The notes beneath the pieces are model-generated. The model searched no databases, was not told where the DNA came from, and was given only the letters and a program-made list of their open reading frames with translations. Below, in pieces: positions 39,960 through 49,156 of a DNA stretch of 64,000 bases. The DNA comes from an uncultured Acidobacteriota bacterium (GTDB taxonomy: Bacteria; Acidobacteriota; Thermoanaerobaculia; Gp7-AA8). Each line of letters begins with the position of its first letter. Within the stretch, counting starts at the first letter, position 1. The stretch lies in NCBI GenBank assembly GCA_963822445.1, contig CAWGHO010000003.1:1120001-1184000 (forward strand), in the 5' to 3' direction. The translations under genes and the position numbers were made by a program.

Positions 39960-40399
39960 CTTACCAGATCAATGTTTATCTGAACACCACCGCCAACCCA
40001 CCGGTGACCTGTTCCCCGGACACGATGGCGGTCTCCTTCGGAACGCAGGACGTTCAGTGGAGCATGGCCGCCGGCCAGAACGGGTCGATCTCCGCGATCA
40101 CCTGGGGCAGCGGCGGCGATCCGTTTTCCGTCGACCCCAGCGCCTCGAACAACTGGACCGGTACCGACGACAACTCCAACACTTCGGGCGCCGGCCAGAT
40201 GTACTCGTACACGATCTCAGTGACCTACAACAACACGACGTATTCGTCGGATCCCGAGATCGAAAACGACCCCCAGCCTCCGCCTCCGCCGCCGGCGCCA
40301 GGACCAGAGATGGTCGAGCCGCCGACGGCAGCAAACGTTCGGCGACACCGCCGCCGCCACAGCATCAGTCATGCAGCGAAGAGCGACGGCAACAGCTAA
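39956..40399 (+). CDS. Small kinase-partner protein C (147 aa, DPEIENDPQ plus poly-Pro/basic tail), DP-EP-like
   Basis: ATG overlaps the kinase stop (ATGA), GAGG SD; starts MTYQINVYL. Confidence 0.8.
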   Translation: MTYQINVYLNTTANPPVTCSPDTMAVSFGTQDVQWSMAAGQNGSISAITWGSGGDPFSVDPSASNNWTGTDDNSNTSGAGQMYSYTISVTYNNTTYSSDPEIENDPQPPPPPPAPGPEMVEPPTAANVRRHRRRHSISHAAKSDGNS

Positions 40400-40408
40400 C
40401 CTAAACCC

Positions 40409-40435
40409 GAACGGGCCGGCCATGCCGGCCCGTTC
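40409..40435 (+). terminator. Hairpin after partner C
   Basis: gaacgggccggc-cat-gccggcccgttc, 12-bp perfect stem. Confidence 0.6.
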
Positions 40436-40473
40436 AGTCATCCGGGAATCGCGATTGCAACTCGCCGCCGGAC

Positions 40474-40779
40474 ATGAGCGTTCTCGACCTCGACTCCACC
40501 CTCGTCCGTCGCGGTACTCAGGCAATCACCTTCGGGCAGATGGCTGATTTTGCCGATCGCATCGAGCGCCGGCCCCTCGATCAGCTCGTGACCGACCTCC
40601 CCGGCCTGGCGCGCCTCTCCGACATGAAGTTCAGCCTGGCCCGGCAGGTCATCCGCCGGCGGGCTCGTGCGCTGGGCGACATCGATCGCGAACAGCTCCG
40701 GACCCTGGCCATGGAAATCGCTTCCACCGCACCCGGCACGGTTGCCGAACGGATCCGGGCGATCTTCGCCTGGGACTGA
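40474..40779 (+). CDS. Hypothetical protein (101 aa, helical)
   Basis: Good codon bias; fills the gap between the hairpin and the radical SAM gene. Confidence 0.6.
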   Translation: MSVLDLDSTLVRRGTQAITFGQMADFADRIERRPLDQLVTDLPGLARLSDMKFSLARQVIRRRARALGDIDREQLRTLAMEIASTAPGTVAERIRAIFAWD

Positions 40780-40828
40780 AGCCCGCGGAAATGCATACAC
40801 TTACGTCGCGGTTGCCACCCGCGACTCG

Positions 40829-41911
40829 ATGAAGTTTTCCGACAAGCTCCCCTATCTGAAGTATCTGGTCGACAAGCGCGGCATGCGCCCGGTCTACCTG
40901 ATCCTCGGCCTGACCTACGACTGCAACTCCTTCTGCCGCACCTGCTTCAACTGGGAGCAGCTCCGGAAGAACAAGGAGCACGAGCTGTCGCTGGACGAGA
41001 TCAAGCAGACCCTTTCGTCGATGGGCGACCTGCTGTTCATCGTCATGAGCGGGGGCGAGCCCTTTCTCCGCCGTGATCTGCCGGAGATCTGCGAGTTTCT
41101 GTCGACCAACAACCACGTCAAGCAGATCACCATCCCCACCGGTGCCATCACCAGCGATCTGATCGCCCGCCAGGTCGAGACGACGCTGCAGCGCTGCCCG
41201 AACACGCAGATCGTGGTCAACCTCTCCATCGACCACATCGGCGAGAAGCACGACTGGATCCGCGGCGTTCCCGGCAACTACGAGAAGGCGAAGAAGACCT
41301 ACGCGCATCTCATCGCCTTGCGCGACAAGTACGCGAACCTGACGGTGAACGTGCACACGTGCTTGTGCACCTACAACGCCGAGGATCTGGACGTCCTGTT
41401 CGAGGGCGTGCGGCGCGATTTTCCGAAGGTCTCCTTCCACTCCTTCGAGATGCTGCGCGGCGATCAGCCCGACAAGAACATCCAGCCCATCACCACCGAG
41501 CGCTATCGAGAGCTGTTGCCGAAGCTGGAGGAGTACTGGAACAGCTACCGCAACTACGACGGCTTCCTGAAGTTCGTGAAGATCTATTCGCGGAAGATGG
41601 AGCTGGCCGTGCTCGAACAGGAAACGCAGGTTCGCCCGTGCCACGCCGGTCTCGTCTCGGGCGTGCTCGACGCGCGCGGCGAAGTGCGGATGTGCGAGCT
41701 GCGCGAGGCCGTGGGGAACGTGAAGGACACCGGCTTCAACTGGGACAAGCTCTGGTTCTCGCCCGAGGCGGATGAACAGCGCCGCTCGATCCGCGCGAAG
41801 GAGTGCCACTGCACGCACTCCTGCTTCATGTCGTCCTCGCTGGTGTTCGACGTCCGGACCTGGGGCGCGTATCTGCAGAGCACCGTCGTGAATTTCCTCT
41901 CCGCTTCGTGA
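40829..41911 (+). CDS. Radical SAM protein with SPASM/twitch-like domain
   Basis: CNSFCRTC, SGGEPFLR, PCHAG..G.V..CE, C-terminal CHCTHSC; start reassigned to ATG 40829. Confidence 0.9.
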   Translation: MKFSDKLPYLKYLVDKRGMRPVYLILGLTYDCNSFCRTCFNWEQLRKNKEHELSLDEIKQTLSSMGDLLFIVMSGGEPFLRRDLPEICEFLSTNNHVKQITIPTGAITSDLIARQVETTLQRCPNTQIVVNLSIDHIGEKHDWIRGVPGNYEKAKKTYAHLIALRDKYANLTVNVHTCLCTYNAEDLDVLFEGVRRDFPKVSFHSFEMLRGDQPDKNIQPITTERYRELLPKLEEYWNSYRNYDGFLKFVKIYSRKMELAVLEQETQVRPCHAGLVSGVLDARGEVRMCELREAVGNVKDTGFNWDKLWFSPEADEQRRSIRAKECHCTHSCFMSSSLVFDVRTWGAYLQSTVVNFLSAS

Positions 41912-42990
41912 AGACCATCCTCGTCGGCCCGGTCTACCCCTTCCGCGCCGGCATCGCCTACTGCACGACGCGTCTCGCCGAGGAGCTGCGGTGCGAGGTG
42001 ATCTCCTTCAAACGGCAGTTCCCGAAGTTTCTTTATCCGGGCGGCGATGACGTCGATCCGACCCTGCCGCGCGCGAATGCGAGGTTCCTTCTCGACATCG
42101 TGAATCCCTTCACCTGGCTGCGCACGGCGTTGCTGCTGCGGCGCGAGAAGCCGGATGCGGTGATCCTGGTCTGGTGGGTGTGGGTGTGGGCGCTGCCGTA
42201 CCTGACGTTGATTGCGTTGCTGCCGAAGAAGACGCGGGTGATCCTGCAGTGCCACAACATCGGCGACAAGGAACCAGCGGCCTGGAAGCGGATGCTGAGC
42301 AATCTCGTGCTGCGGCGGGGGGATGTGCTCGTGGTGCATGCGAAGACCGAGGCGGAGGATGCGTGGAGACGAACCACCAAACCGATTGTTTCCACCTTCC
42401 TCCCGGTGCATGAGTTGGGCGGCGCAATTCCATCCCGCGCCGACGCCCGCAAACAGCTCGGACTCAAAGACAACGTCGCCCTTTTCTTCGGCCACGTCCG
42501 CCCATTCAAAGGCCTCGACATCGCGTTGAACGCATGGCGACTGCTGAAGACCGACGTCACCCTCGTCGTCGCCGGCGAGGCCTGGTGGAAATCGGAGGAC
42601 GAGTATCGCCGGCTCGCGAAAGGACTGGACAACGTCCGCTTCGACTTCCGCTTCATCCCCGATGCGGAGATCGCCACGTACTTTGCCGCGGCGGACGTCG
42701 TGCTCGCGCCCTATCGCATCGAAGCCCAGAGCGGCGTCGCACTGACCGCGTTTCACTTCGCCCGGCCGGTCATTGCCACGCGCGTCGGCGGGTTGCCGGA
42801 GATCATCGAGGAAGGCCGGAACGGGATGCTCGTGCCGGTCGAGGATCCCGCGGCGCTGGCGAAAGCCGTGGATGCGTTTTTCGCGCGGAACGATCGCGAG
42901 GAGGTGGAGCGACAGGCCGCAGCCTCGGCCCGTAAGTATTCCTGGGAGGAATACGGAGCGCTCCTCGGGCGCTTGGTGGCAGGCGAATGA
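41908..42990 (+). CDS. GT4 glycosyltransferase
   Basis: GPVYPFRAGIA, FFGHVRPFKGLD, PYRIEAQSGV, PVIATRVGGLPE; GTGA overlap. Confidence 0.9.
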   Translation: MKTILVGPVYPFRAGIAYCTTRLAEELRCEVISFKRQFPKFLYPGGDDVDPTLPRANARFLLDIVNPFTWLRTALLLRREKPDAVILVWWVWVWALPYLTLIALLPKKTRVILQCHNIGDKEPAAWKRMLSNLVLRRGDVLVVHAKTEAEDAWRRTTKPIVSTFLPVHELGGAIPSRADARKQLGLKDNVALFFGHVRPFKGLDIALNAWRLLKTDVTLVVAGEAWWKSEDEYRRLAKGLDNVRFDFRFIPDAEIATYFAAADVVLAPYRIEAQSGVALTAFHFARPVIATRVGGLPEIIEEGRNGMLVPVEDPAALAKAVDAFFARNDREEVERQAAASARKYSWEEYGALLGRLVAGE

Positions 42991-43913
42991 AGTTTTCCCC
43001 TTCACGGATCAAGGTCGGTCTCGAGCTGACCTCCAAGTGCAATCTGCGCTGCGGGATGTGCCCGCTGCCGGTGCTCCGCCGTCCGTACGAGGACATGGAG
43101 TGGCACCTCGTCGAAAAGGCCGAGCGCGAGATCCACGGGATGGGCCTGAAGCTCAAGTGGCTGCACGAGATGGGGGAGCCGCTGCTGTACGCGCGGATCG
43201 ACGACGCCATCCGCCTCTTCCCCGAGGCCAGCGTGTCGACGAACGGCCTGGTGCTGACCGAGGAGGTCGGCGCGAAGCTGCTCGCTTCGCCGCTCAAGCG
43301 CCTGCGCATCTGCGTCGACTCGATCAACCCGAAGGTCTATCCCCAGCTCCGCACCGGCGGAGACTTCGACAAGCTCGTCGATCTCACCCAGAAGTTCCTC
43401 AGGCAGGCCAAGGGCCATCCGATGCGCATCGAGATCCAGAAGATGCGCTCGCGGCTGACGCTCGAGGAGACCACGGACGACTTCCGCAAGCTCTTCGATC
43501 TCCGCCAGTTCAAAAATGCGCGGGTCATCGAGAAAACGTGCGAGGCCCTCGACGTCAACGAGGAGACCGATCTGCACGGGAAGTTCTACGGCTGCGTGCA
43601 GGGCGCCTTTTTTACCTGGGTGGTGGTCTTCGCCGACGGCCGGGTCACGCACTGCTGCTACGACGCGCACGGCGATCAGGTGATGGGCGATCTGAAGACG
43701 CACTCGCTGCGCGAGATCATCGAGAGCGACCGCTTCGCCACGATGCAGGACGCCTTCAACCGCCGCGACTTCTCCCAGCTCCCCCGGTGCGGCGAGTGCT
43801 TCAAGCACGGCGGCGAGTCGCACACGTTCAACGACGTGCTGACCCGCGTTCAGAACCTTCCCGGCGCCGCGAAGGACGCGGTGCGGAAGGTCATTGACTT
43901 GCGGTACCGCTAG
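42987..43913 (+). CDS. Radical SAM protein with SPASM/twitch domain
   Basis: CNLRCGMC, GEPLL, STNG, DGRVTHCCYD, CGEC. Confidence 0.9.
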   Translation: MKFSPSRIKVGLELTSKCNLRCGMCPLPVLRRPYEDMEWHLVEKAEREIHGMGLKLKWLHEMGEPLLYARIDDAIRLFPEASVSTNGLVLTEEVGAKLLASPLKRLRICVDSINPKVYPQLRTGGDFDKLVDLTQKFLRQAKGHPMRIEIQKMRSRLTLEETTDDFRKLFDLRQFKNARVIEKTCEALDVNEETDLHGKFYGCVQGAFFTWVVVFADGRVTHCCYDAHGDQVMGDLKTHSLREIIESDRFATMQDAFNRRDFSQLPRCGECFKHGGESHTFNDVLTRVQNLPGAAKDAVRKVIDLRYR

Positions 43914-44751
43914 GTACCTTCAGTGCCTCCTCGATCAACCGCGCAAGACGCAGACCGGCCAGGAGCATGCGCTCTTCGATGATGGGCACCGCCTCCCTCA
44001 CGTAGGTTTCGTCGAACGGCTTCTTGGTCGTGTGGAGCTCCCTCGCTTTCTGGTGCGATTCGTTGAGCCACGACGTCGACGTTCCCGTGGCGAGCACCGC
44101 TGGGTCGCGTCCGGCGAGCGTGTCGTTCATCAGCCGGGTCACCCACTGCGCGTCGGTGCGGCCCTGCTTCTCGATGATGCCGGAGTCCCAGACGCTGTGC
44201 AGGTTGGTCTCCCGTCCGTCGAATGTCAGCTTCACGAGATTGGCGCCGAGGTCGGGATCGCCGTTCGGAAGGCGTCCGAAGCCGGTGTGAAACGGCTGGT
44301 GCATGTCGCCCATGAAGTGAATGAGGTAGATCAGCGCCGACTCGTGGTCGCAATTGTTGCGCTTCGAATCGCTGAGAATCTCCACCATCCGGTCGATGCG
44401 GCGGACCACGCAGTCGCCGTTCGGACAGTCCCTGCTCTCGTCGTACGTCGGATTGGCGATGTCGATGTTCACGAAGTGCCAGTCGCGCGTGGGCAGGGCC
44501 AGCTCGATCTGGCGGAAGTCGTCGGGAGCGTTGGCGACCGCGGCGAACGACCGCGGGTCGTCGCACGGCGCGCAGTCTCTGTTGTGGTTGTTCGCGCGCA
44601 GAGCATCCCGGGCTCGTTGCAGCGCCTGGGGCGAGGTCTGCTCGAGACGCTTCTCGGCGATCTGACCGACCACGCGATGTCCCTGCGCGCCCCACCCGAA
44701 CGCCGACTGCGAAATCACCATCAGGATGAGCAACAATCCGCACCTCTTCAT
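43891..44751 (-). CDS. S1/P1 nuclease (secreted)
   Basis: Signal peptide then WGAQGH, WHFVNI, HFMGDMHQPFH, NLHSVWD, LAGLRLA; AGGAGG SD before ATG 44751. Confidence 0.9.
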   Translation of the reverse strand: MKRCGLLLILMVISQSAFGWGAQGHRVVGQIAEKRLEQTSPQALQRARDALRANNHNRDCAPCDDPRSFAAVANAPDDFRQIELALPTRDWHFVNIDIANPTYDESRDCPNGDCVVRRIDRMVEILSDSKRNNCDHESALIYLIHFMGDMHQPFHTGFGRLPNGDPDLGANLVKLTFDGRETNLHSVWDSGIIEKQGRTDAQWVTRLMNDTLAGRDPAVLATGTSTSWLNESHQKARELHTTKKPFDETYVREAVPIIEERMLLAGLRLARLIEEALKVPSGTASQ

Positions 44752-44995
44752 GACCATCCTCCTCAATCTTCTTTTCGGCTTCGCCCCGATTCTCATTCTC
44801 GGCGCGAGCATCGCCGCCGGCACGGACGACGATCCGCGGCACCGCCGCGTTTTCTTGCTGGTTTATGGACTATGGGCCTTCACGTTGGCAATTGCCAACT
44901 GGATCAAGTCCGGGAACCTGTTCTGGATCGGCCTCTGGATTGTCTTCGGGATCGTCGCGCTGGCGATCAGTTTTCGCAGGCCTTCACCTGAATGA
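44750..44995 (+). CDS. Small membrane protein (3 TM)
   Basis: MTILLNLLFGFAPIL..., three hydrophobic segments; start uncertain. Confidence 0.5.
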   Translation: MTILLNLLFGFAPILILGASIAAGTDDDPRHRRVFLLVYGLWAFTLAIANWIKSGNLFWIGLWIVFGIVALAISFRRPSPE

Positions 44996-45961
44996 AATCG
45001 GGATGTCGTCCATGGTCAGCACGCCGTGGCGCGCCTGCACGATCCGGGGAATGCAGTTGACGACCATGGCCGCGGTGGCGCGATCGCCGTGGACGCCGTG
45101 CTTGATCTCCATCTCCACGTCGGGGACGCCGCGCACGATCACGCGATCCGCGGCCACGGCTTCCGCGCCGACGTACATCCGCAGCTCGAGGCTCACGTCG
45201 ACGCGGCCCTTGCCGTAAATCGTCTGATGCACGCCGGCGACCTGTCCCGGCGCGACTTTGAGGTACTGCGTGATGATCTCGCGGTCGGCGATGATCGGCT
45301 CGATCGTTTCCTCGCTGACGCTGGTGAAGTCGACGCCCAGGCCGTTGCCGACCATGATCAGCGACTCCCTGAGGCCCATGTGCTTGATCTTCCCCGCGGC
45401 GACGGCGGCGCGGAACTCGTCGACGGTCATGCTCGCCCCGACCTTGCGCTGCAGCGGCTCGCGGCGGGTCGATGCGTTCTGGATGCGGATGATCTCGACG
45501 GACTTCACGTCCTGGCAGACCGAGGTGATGGTGAGGGGGAGCTTGTCCATCACGAAGCCGGGATTCACGCCGGTGCCGATGAGAGCGGCGCTGTTCGATC
45601 GCGCGATCTGCTGCAGCTCTTCGCGGATCTTCGTGTCGAGCGGGAAGGAGAGCTCCTCGCAGGTCGAGACGACGTGCGAGCCGCGCGACAGCAACTCTTT
45701 CAATTGATCGGCGACGTCGACGAGGCGCGAGCCGGTCGAGTGGCAGACCACGTCGGCTTTGACGTTGAGGTCCGCGGTGACGGCGACGCCGACTTCGCGC
45801 CCGAGGCCGATCACTTCGCCGACGTCTTTGCCGATCTTGTTCGGATCGATGTCGACCGCTGCGACCAGCTTGACCCACGATTTGGTGAGGAGCAGGCGCG
45901 CGATCTCCGCGCCGATGGGGCCGATGCCGTACTGAGCAACGGTGATGGGTTGAATGTTCAT
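44984..45961 (-). CDS. NAD(P)-dependent dehydrogenase, dihydrodipicolinate reductase / 2,4-diaminopentanoate dehydrogenase-like
   Basis: QYGIGPIG Rossmann motif, STCEEL, GTGVNPGFVMD, GDRATAA.VVN.IP; start reassigned to ATG 45961. Confidence 0.82.
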   Translation of the reverse strand: MNIQPITVAQYGIGPIGAEIARLLLTKSWVKLVAAVDIDPNKIGKDVGEVIGLGREVGVAVTADLNVKADVVCHSTGSRLVDVADQLKELLSRGSHVVSTCEELSFPLDTKIREELQQIARSNSAALIGTGVNPGFVMDKLPLTITSVCQDVKSVEIIRIQNASTRREPLQRKVGASMTVDEFRAAVAAGKIKHMGLRESLIMVGNGLGVDFTSVSEETIEPIIADREIITQYLKVAPGQVAGVHQTIYGKGRVDVSLELRMYVGAEAVAADRVIVRGVPDVEMEIKHGVHGDRATAAMVVNCIPRIVQARHGVLTMDDIPISFR

Positions 45962-45980
45962 GCGGCGCGGATTGTAAGCG

Positions 45981-47045
45981 CTAAAAGAGCGATGCCTCCG
46001 CGCTCGGCTCTTCCTCGTCCTCGTCGAGAAAGTTCGAGACTCCCACGCCCACCAACCTGTATCGCGCATCCGGCGGAAAGTCGAAGCGATCCAGCAGCGA
46101 CACACCAAGGTCCGCGAGCTGCTGCGCGCTCGACGGAAGCTCGGGCGGCGTGATCCGCCGCGTCGCGGTTTGAAAGTCCGGGGTGCGCAGTTTCACGGTG
46201 ACGGTGCGGCCGCGCATCGATTTCTGTTCGAGCGTCTCCCACAGTTTCTGCGCCTGTTCCGCGATCCAGGCCGCGGCTTCTTCGCGGGTCACGTCTTTCG
46301 CGAAGGTGTTCTCGCTCGACCACGACTTGCGTTTGCGCGATGGCTCCACAGGGCTTTCGTCGATGCCGCGCGCGAGCTCCCACAGACGCGTGCCCCATTT
46401 GCCGAAGCGGGCAATGAGCTCGTTCTGCTCGAACTGGTGAAAATCGCCCACCGTCTCGATCTTCATCTCATGCAACACAGCCTCGGTCGCCTTGCCGACG
46501 CCGGGGATCTTGCGGACGGGGAGCGAGACCAGGAACTTCTCGACCTGGTGCGGACGGATGACGAAGCAGCCGTCGGGCTTGCGCCAGTCCGAGGCGATTT
46601 TCGCGAGGAACTTGTTCGGGGCTACGCCGGCGGAGGCGGTGAGATTCGTTTCCTCGCGGATCTCGCGGCGGATCGTTTCCGCGGTTTCGGTCGCCGTCGG
46701 AATGCCGGTCAGCTCCTGGGTCACATCGAGATAGGCCTCGTCCAACGAGAGAGGCTCGACCAGCGGCGTATGCCGCTCGAAGATCTCCCGGATCTGCTTC
46801 GAGACCGCGCGATAACGCTCGAAATCAGGGACGAGCCAGACCCCGGACGGACACAATCGCTTGGCTCGCGAGGCGGGCATCGCCGAGTGCACGCCGAACT
46901 TGCGGGCCTCGTAGGACGCGGCGCAAACGACGCTCCGTTCGCCGGCCCAGCCGACGATGACCGGCTTGCCTTTGAGCGACGGATCGTCACGTTGTTCGAC
47001 GGATGCGTAGAACGCATCCATGTCGATGTGAATAATCTTCCGCAC
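45981..47045 (-). CDS. dinB: DNA polymerase IV
   Basis: IIHIDMDAFYASVEQRD, SYEARKFGV, SLDEAYLD, KIASDWRKPDG; start reassigned to GTG 47045. Confidence 0.96.
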   Translation of the reverse strand: MRKIIHIDMDAFYASVEQRDDPSLKGKPVIVGWAGERSVVCAASYEARKFGVHSAMPASRAKRLCPSGVWLVPDFERYRAVSKQIREIFERHTPLVEPLSLDEAYLDVTQELTGIPTATETAETIRREIREETNLTASAGVAPNKFLAKIASDWRKPDGCFVIRPHQVEKFLVSLPVRKIPGVGKATEAVLHEMKIETVGDFHQFEQNELIARFGKWGTRLWELARGIDESPVEPSRKRKSWSSENTFAKDVTREEAAAWIAEQAQKLWETLEQKSMRGRTVTVKLRTPDFQTATRRITPPELPSSAQQLADLGVSLLDRFDFPPDARYRLVGVGVSNFLDEDEEEPSAEASLF

Positions 47046-47047
47046 CT

Positions 47048-48163
47048 GTGAGCATCCTAAACGACCTCCCCACTCCCGCTTTTCTCGTCGATCGACCGGC
47101 ACTGAACCGCAACTGCGCGCGAATGCGCGAGAAGGCCCTCGCGTCCGGCGTGGCCTTCCGCCCGCACGTGAAAACGCATAAGTCCGTGGAGATCGGACGC
47201 ATCCAGCACGACGGCGCGCCGGGAGCGATCACCGTGTCGACGCTCGCCGAGGGGGAGGTTTTCGCGGCGGATGGCTTCCGGGACATTACCTACGCCGTGC
47301 CGCTTGCGCCGTCACGCGACAAGCTCGATCGCGTGAACGCGCTCGCCGCTCGTGTCGATCGACTCAGCGTTCTCATCGACTCGGAAACGGCGTTGCGCGC
47401 GCTCGAGGAGTACGCGGCGTCGCATGACATGGTCTTCGACGTTTTTCTGAAGGTCGATTGCGGCTATCACCGCGCCGGCGTCGATCCATCGAGCCCCGAC
47501 AGCGTCCGGCTGGCGATGGGCATGGCCCGTTCGGAAGGCGTGCGCTTTCAGGGTCTGCTCACGCATGCGGGTCACTCCTACAACGCGCGGGACATCGAGG
47601 AGATCCGGCGCGTGGCCGCGGAGGAGTCGGGCTCGCTGAGCCGCTTCCGCGCCCTCCTCGCCACAGAAGGCCTCGGCGACGCCCGCCGCAGCATCGGCTC
47701 GACGCCGACGCTTTCGGTGACGGAACGGTTCAGCGACTGCGATGAAGTGCGTCCGGGCAATTATGTTTTCTACGACGCCTTCCAGGCCACGATCGGGTCC
47801 TGCGCGTTCGAAGACGTCGCCGTGTCGGTGCTGGCGACGGTCGTCGGCTCGTATCCCGAGCGTGGTTCGGTAATTGTCGACGCGGGCGCACTCGCAATGT
47901 CGAAAGACGCCGGCCCCGAGCACGTCGATCCGAAGTTCGGTTACGGAATCGTCTGCGATCTCGATCTGCGCCCGCTGCCGATGCGCGTCGCCGCGCTGTC
48001 GCAGGAGCATGGAAAGCTGGTAGGGGAGGCGCGGCTGCCGGTCGGAACGCGCGTGCGCATCGTTCCGAATCACTCCTGCCTGACCGCGGCGATGTTCGAC
48101 AAGTACGCGATCGTGGAGCGGGGGAAGGTCGTCGATGAATGGAAGCCGGTAAGAGGTTGGTGA
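47048..48163 (+). CDS. PLP-dependent fold-type III enzyme (D-serine dehydratase DSD1 / D-threonine aldolase family)
   Basis: RPHVKTHK, D.GYHRAGV, HAGHSY, GSTPT, RPGNYVFYD, SQEHG, PNHSC. Confidence 0.88.
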   Translation: MSILNDLPTPAFLVDRPALNRNCARMREKALASGVAFRPHVKTHKSVEIGRIQHDGAPGAITVSTLAEGEVFAADGFRDITYAVPLAPSRDKLDRVNALAARVDRLSVLIDSETALRALEEYAASHDMVFDVFLKVDCGYHRAGVDPSSPDSVRLAMGMARSEGVRFQGLLTHAGHSYNARDIEEIRRVAAEESGSLSRFRALLATEGLGDARRSIGSTPTLSVTERFSDCDEVRPGNYVFYDAFQATIGSCAFEDVAVSVLATVVGSYPERGSVIVDAGALAMSKDAGPEHVDPKFGYGIVCDLDLRPLPMRVAALSQEHGKLVGEARLPVGTRVRIVPNHSCLTAAMFDKYAIVERGKVVDEWKPVRGW

Positions 48164-49096
48164 TGAAGAAACTGGAAGGGAAAGTCGCTGTCGTCGCCGG
48201 TGCCACCCGCGGTGCGGGACGCGGAATCGCCACCGCGCTCGGGGAACTGGGAGCAACGGTTTACTGCACCGGCCGGAGCGTTCCGGGTAGTCCGGGGATG
48301 AAGGGTCGCCCGGAGACGATCGATCAGACCGCGGAGATCGTGACGGCGCGCGGCGGTCGCGGGATCGCCGTGCAGGTCGATCACACGGTGCCGGAGCAGG
48401 TCGAGCGTTTGTTCGAGCAGGTCGGCGAGTTCGACATCCTCATCAACGACATCTGGGGCGGCGACGAGCTCGCCGAGTGGGGAAAGAAGCTGTGGGAGAC
48501 GAAGCTCGAGGACGGGCTGACGATGATCGACCGCGCGATCAAGACGCACATCATCACCAGCTACTACGGCCTTCCGCGGATGCGAGCGGGCGGGCTGGTC
48601 GTCGAGATCACGGACGGCGACGCGTACTTTTATCGCGGGCATTTTTTCTACGACCTGGTGAAGACGACGGTCATCCGGATGGCCTTCGCGCTCTCGCAGG
48701 AGCTGAAGGGCCGCGGACATCACCGCTGTCGCCGTGACGCCCGGCTTCCTGCGTTCGGAGTGGATGCTCGACCAGTTCGGCGTGACGGAGGCGAACTGGC
48801 GGGATGCGGCGAAGAAGGTGAAGGAGTTCATCGCCTCGGAGACGCCGCTCTTCGTCGGCCGCGGCATCGCCGCGCTCGCCGCAGACCCGAATGTCGCGTC
48901 GAAGAACGGCCGCGTCGTCGCCTCCTGGGATCTCGGCGACGAATACGGCGTCAATGATGCCGACGGCACGCGCCCGCACTTCATCCGCTGGCTGGAGGAG
49001 AACGAGCCGAAGATGGCCGCCGGCTGGAAGAAACTCGACGACACGTTTTACTCGTATTGGGGCTCGATGCCGTATGAGATGCCGGCGCAGGAGTGA
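48163..49096 (+). pseudogene. SDR family oxidoreductase with one frameshift at ~48716; possibly an assembly error
   Basis: VAGATRGAGRG, YDLVK, then the next frame continues DITAVAVTPGFLRSE, SETPLFVGRG. Confidence 0.8.
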
Positions 49097-49156
49097 TTGG
49101 GGGTTAGGAGTAGCGGTGATGGTTGGTTCGACGAATCACTGAACACTAATCGCTTA

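Noticed and set aside
40474-43913. RiPP cluster (101-aa ORF as precursor for the rSAM-SPASM enzymes)
   Set aside because: The ORF looks like a folded helical protein, there is no RRE, peptidase or transporter, and the interposed GT4 points to glycan modification
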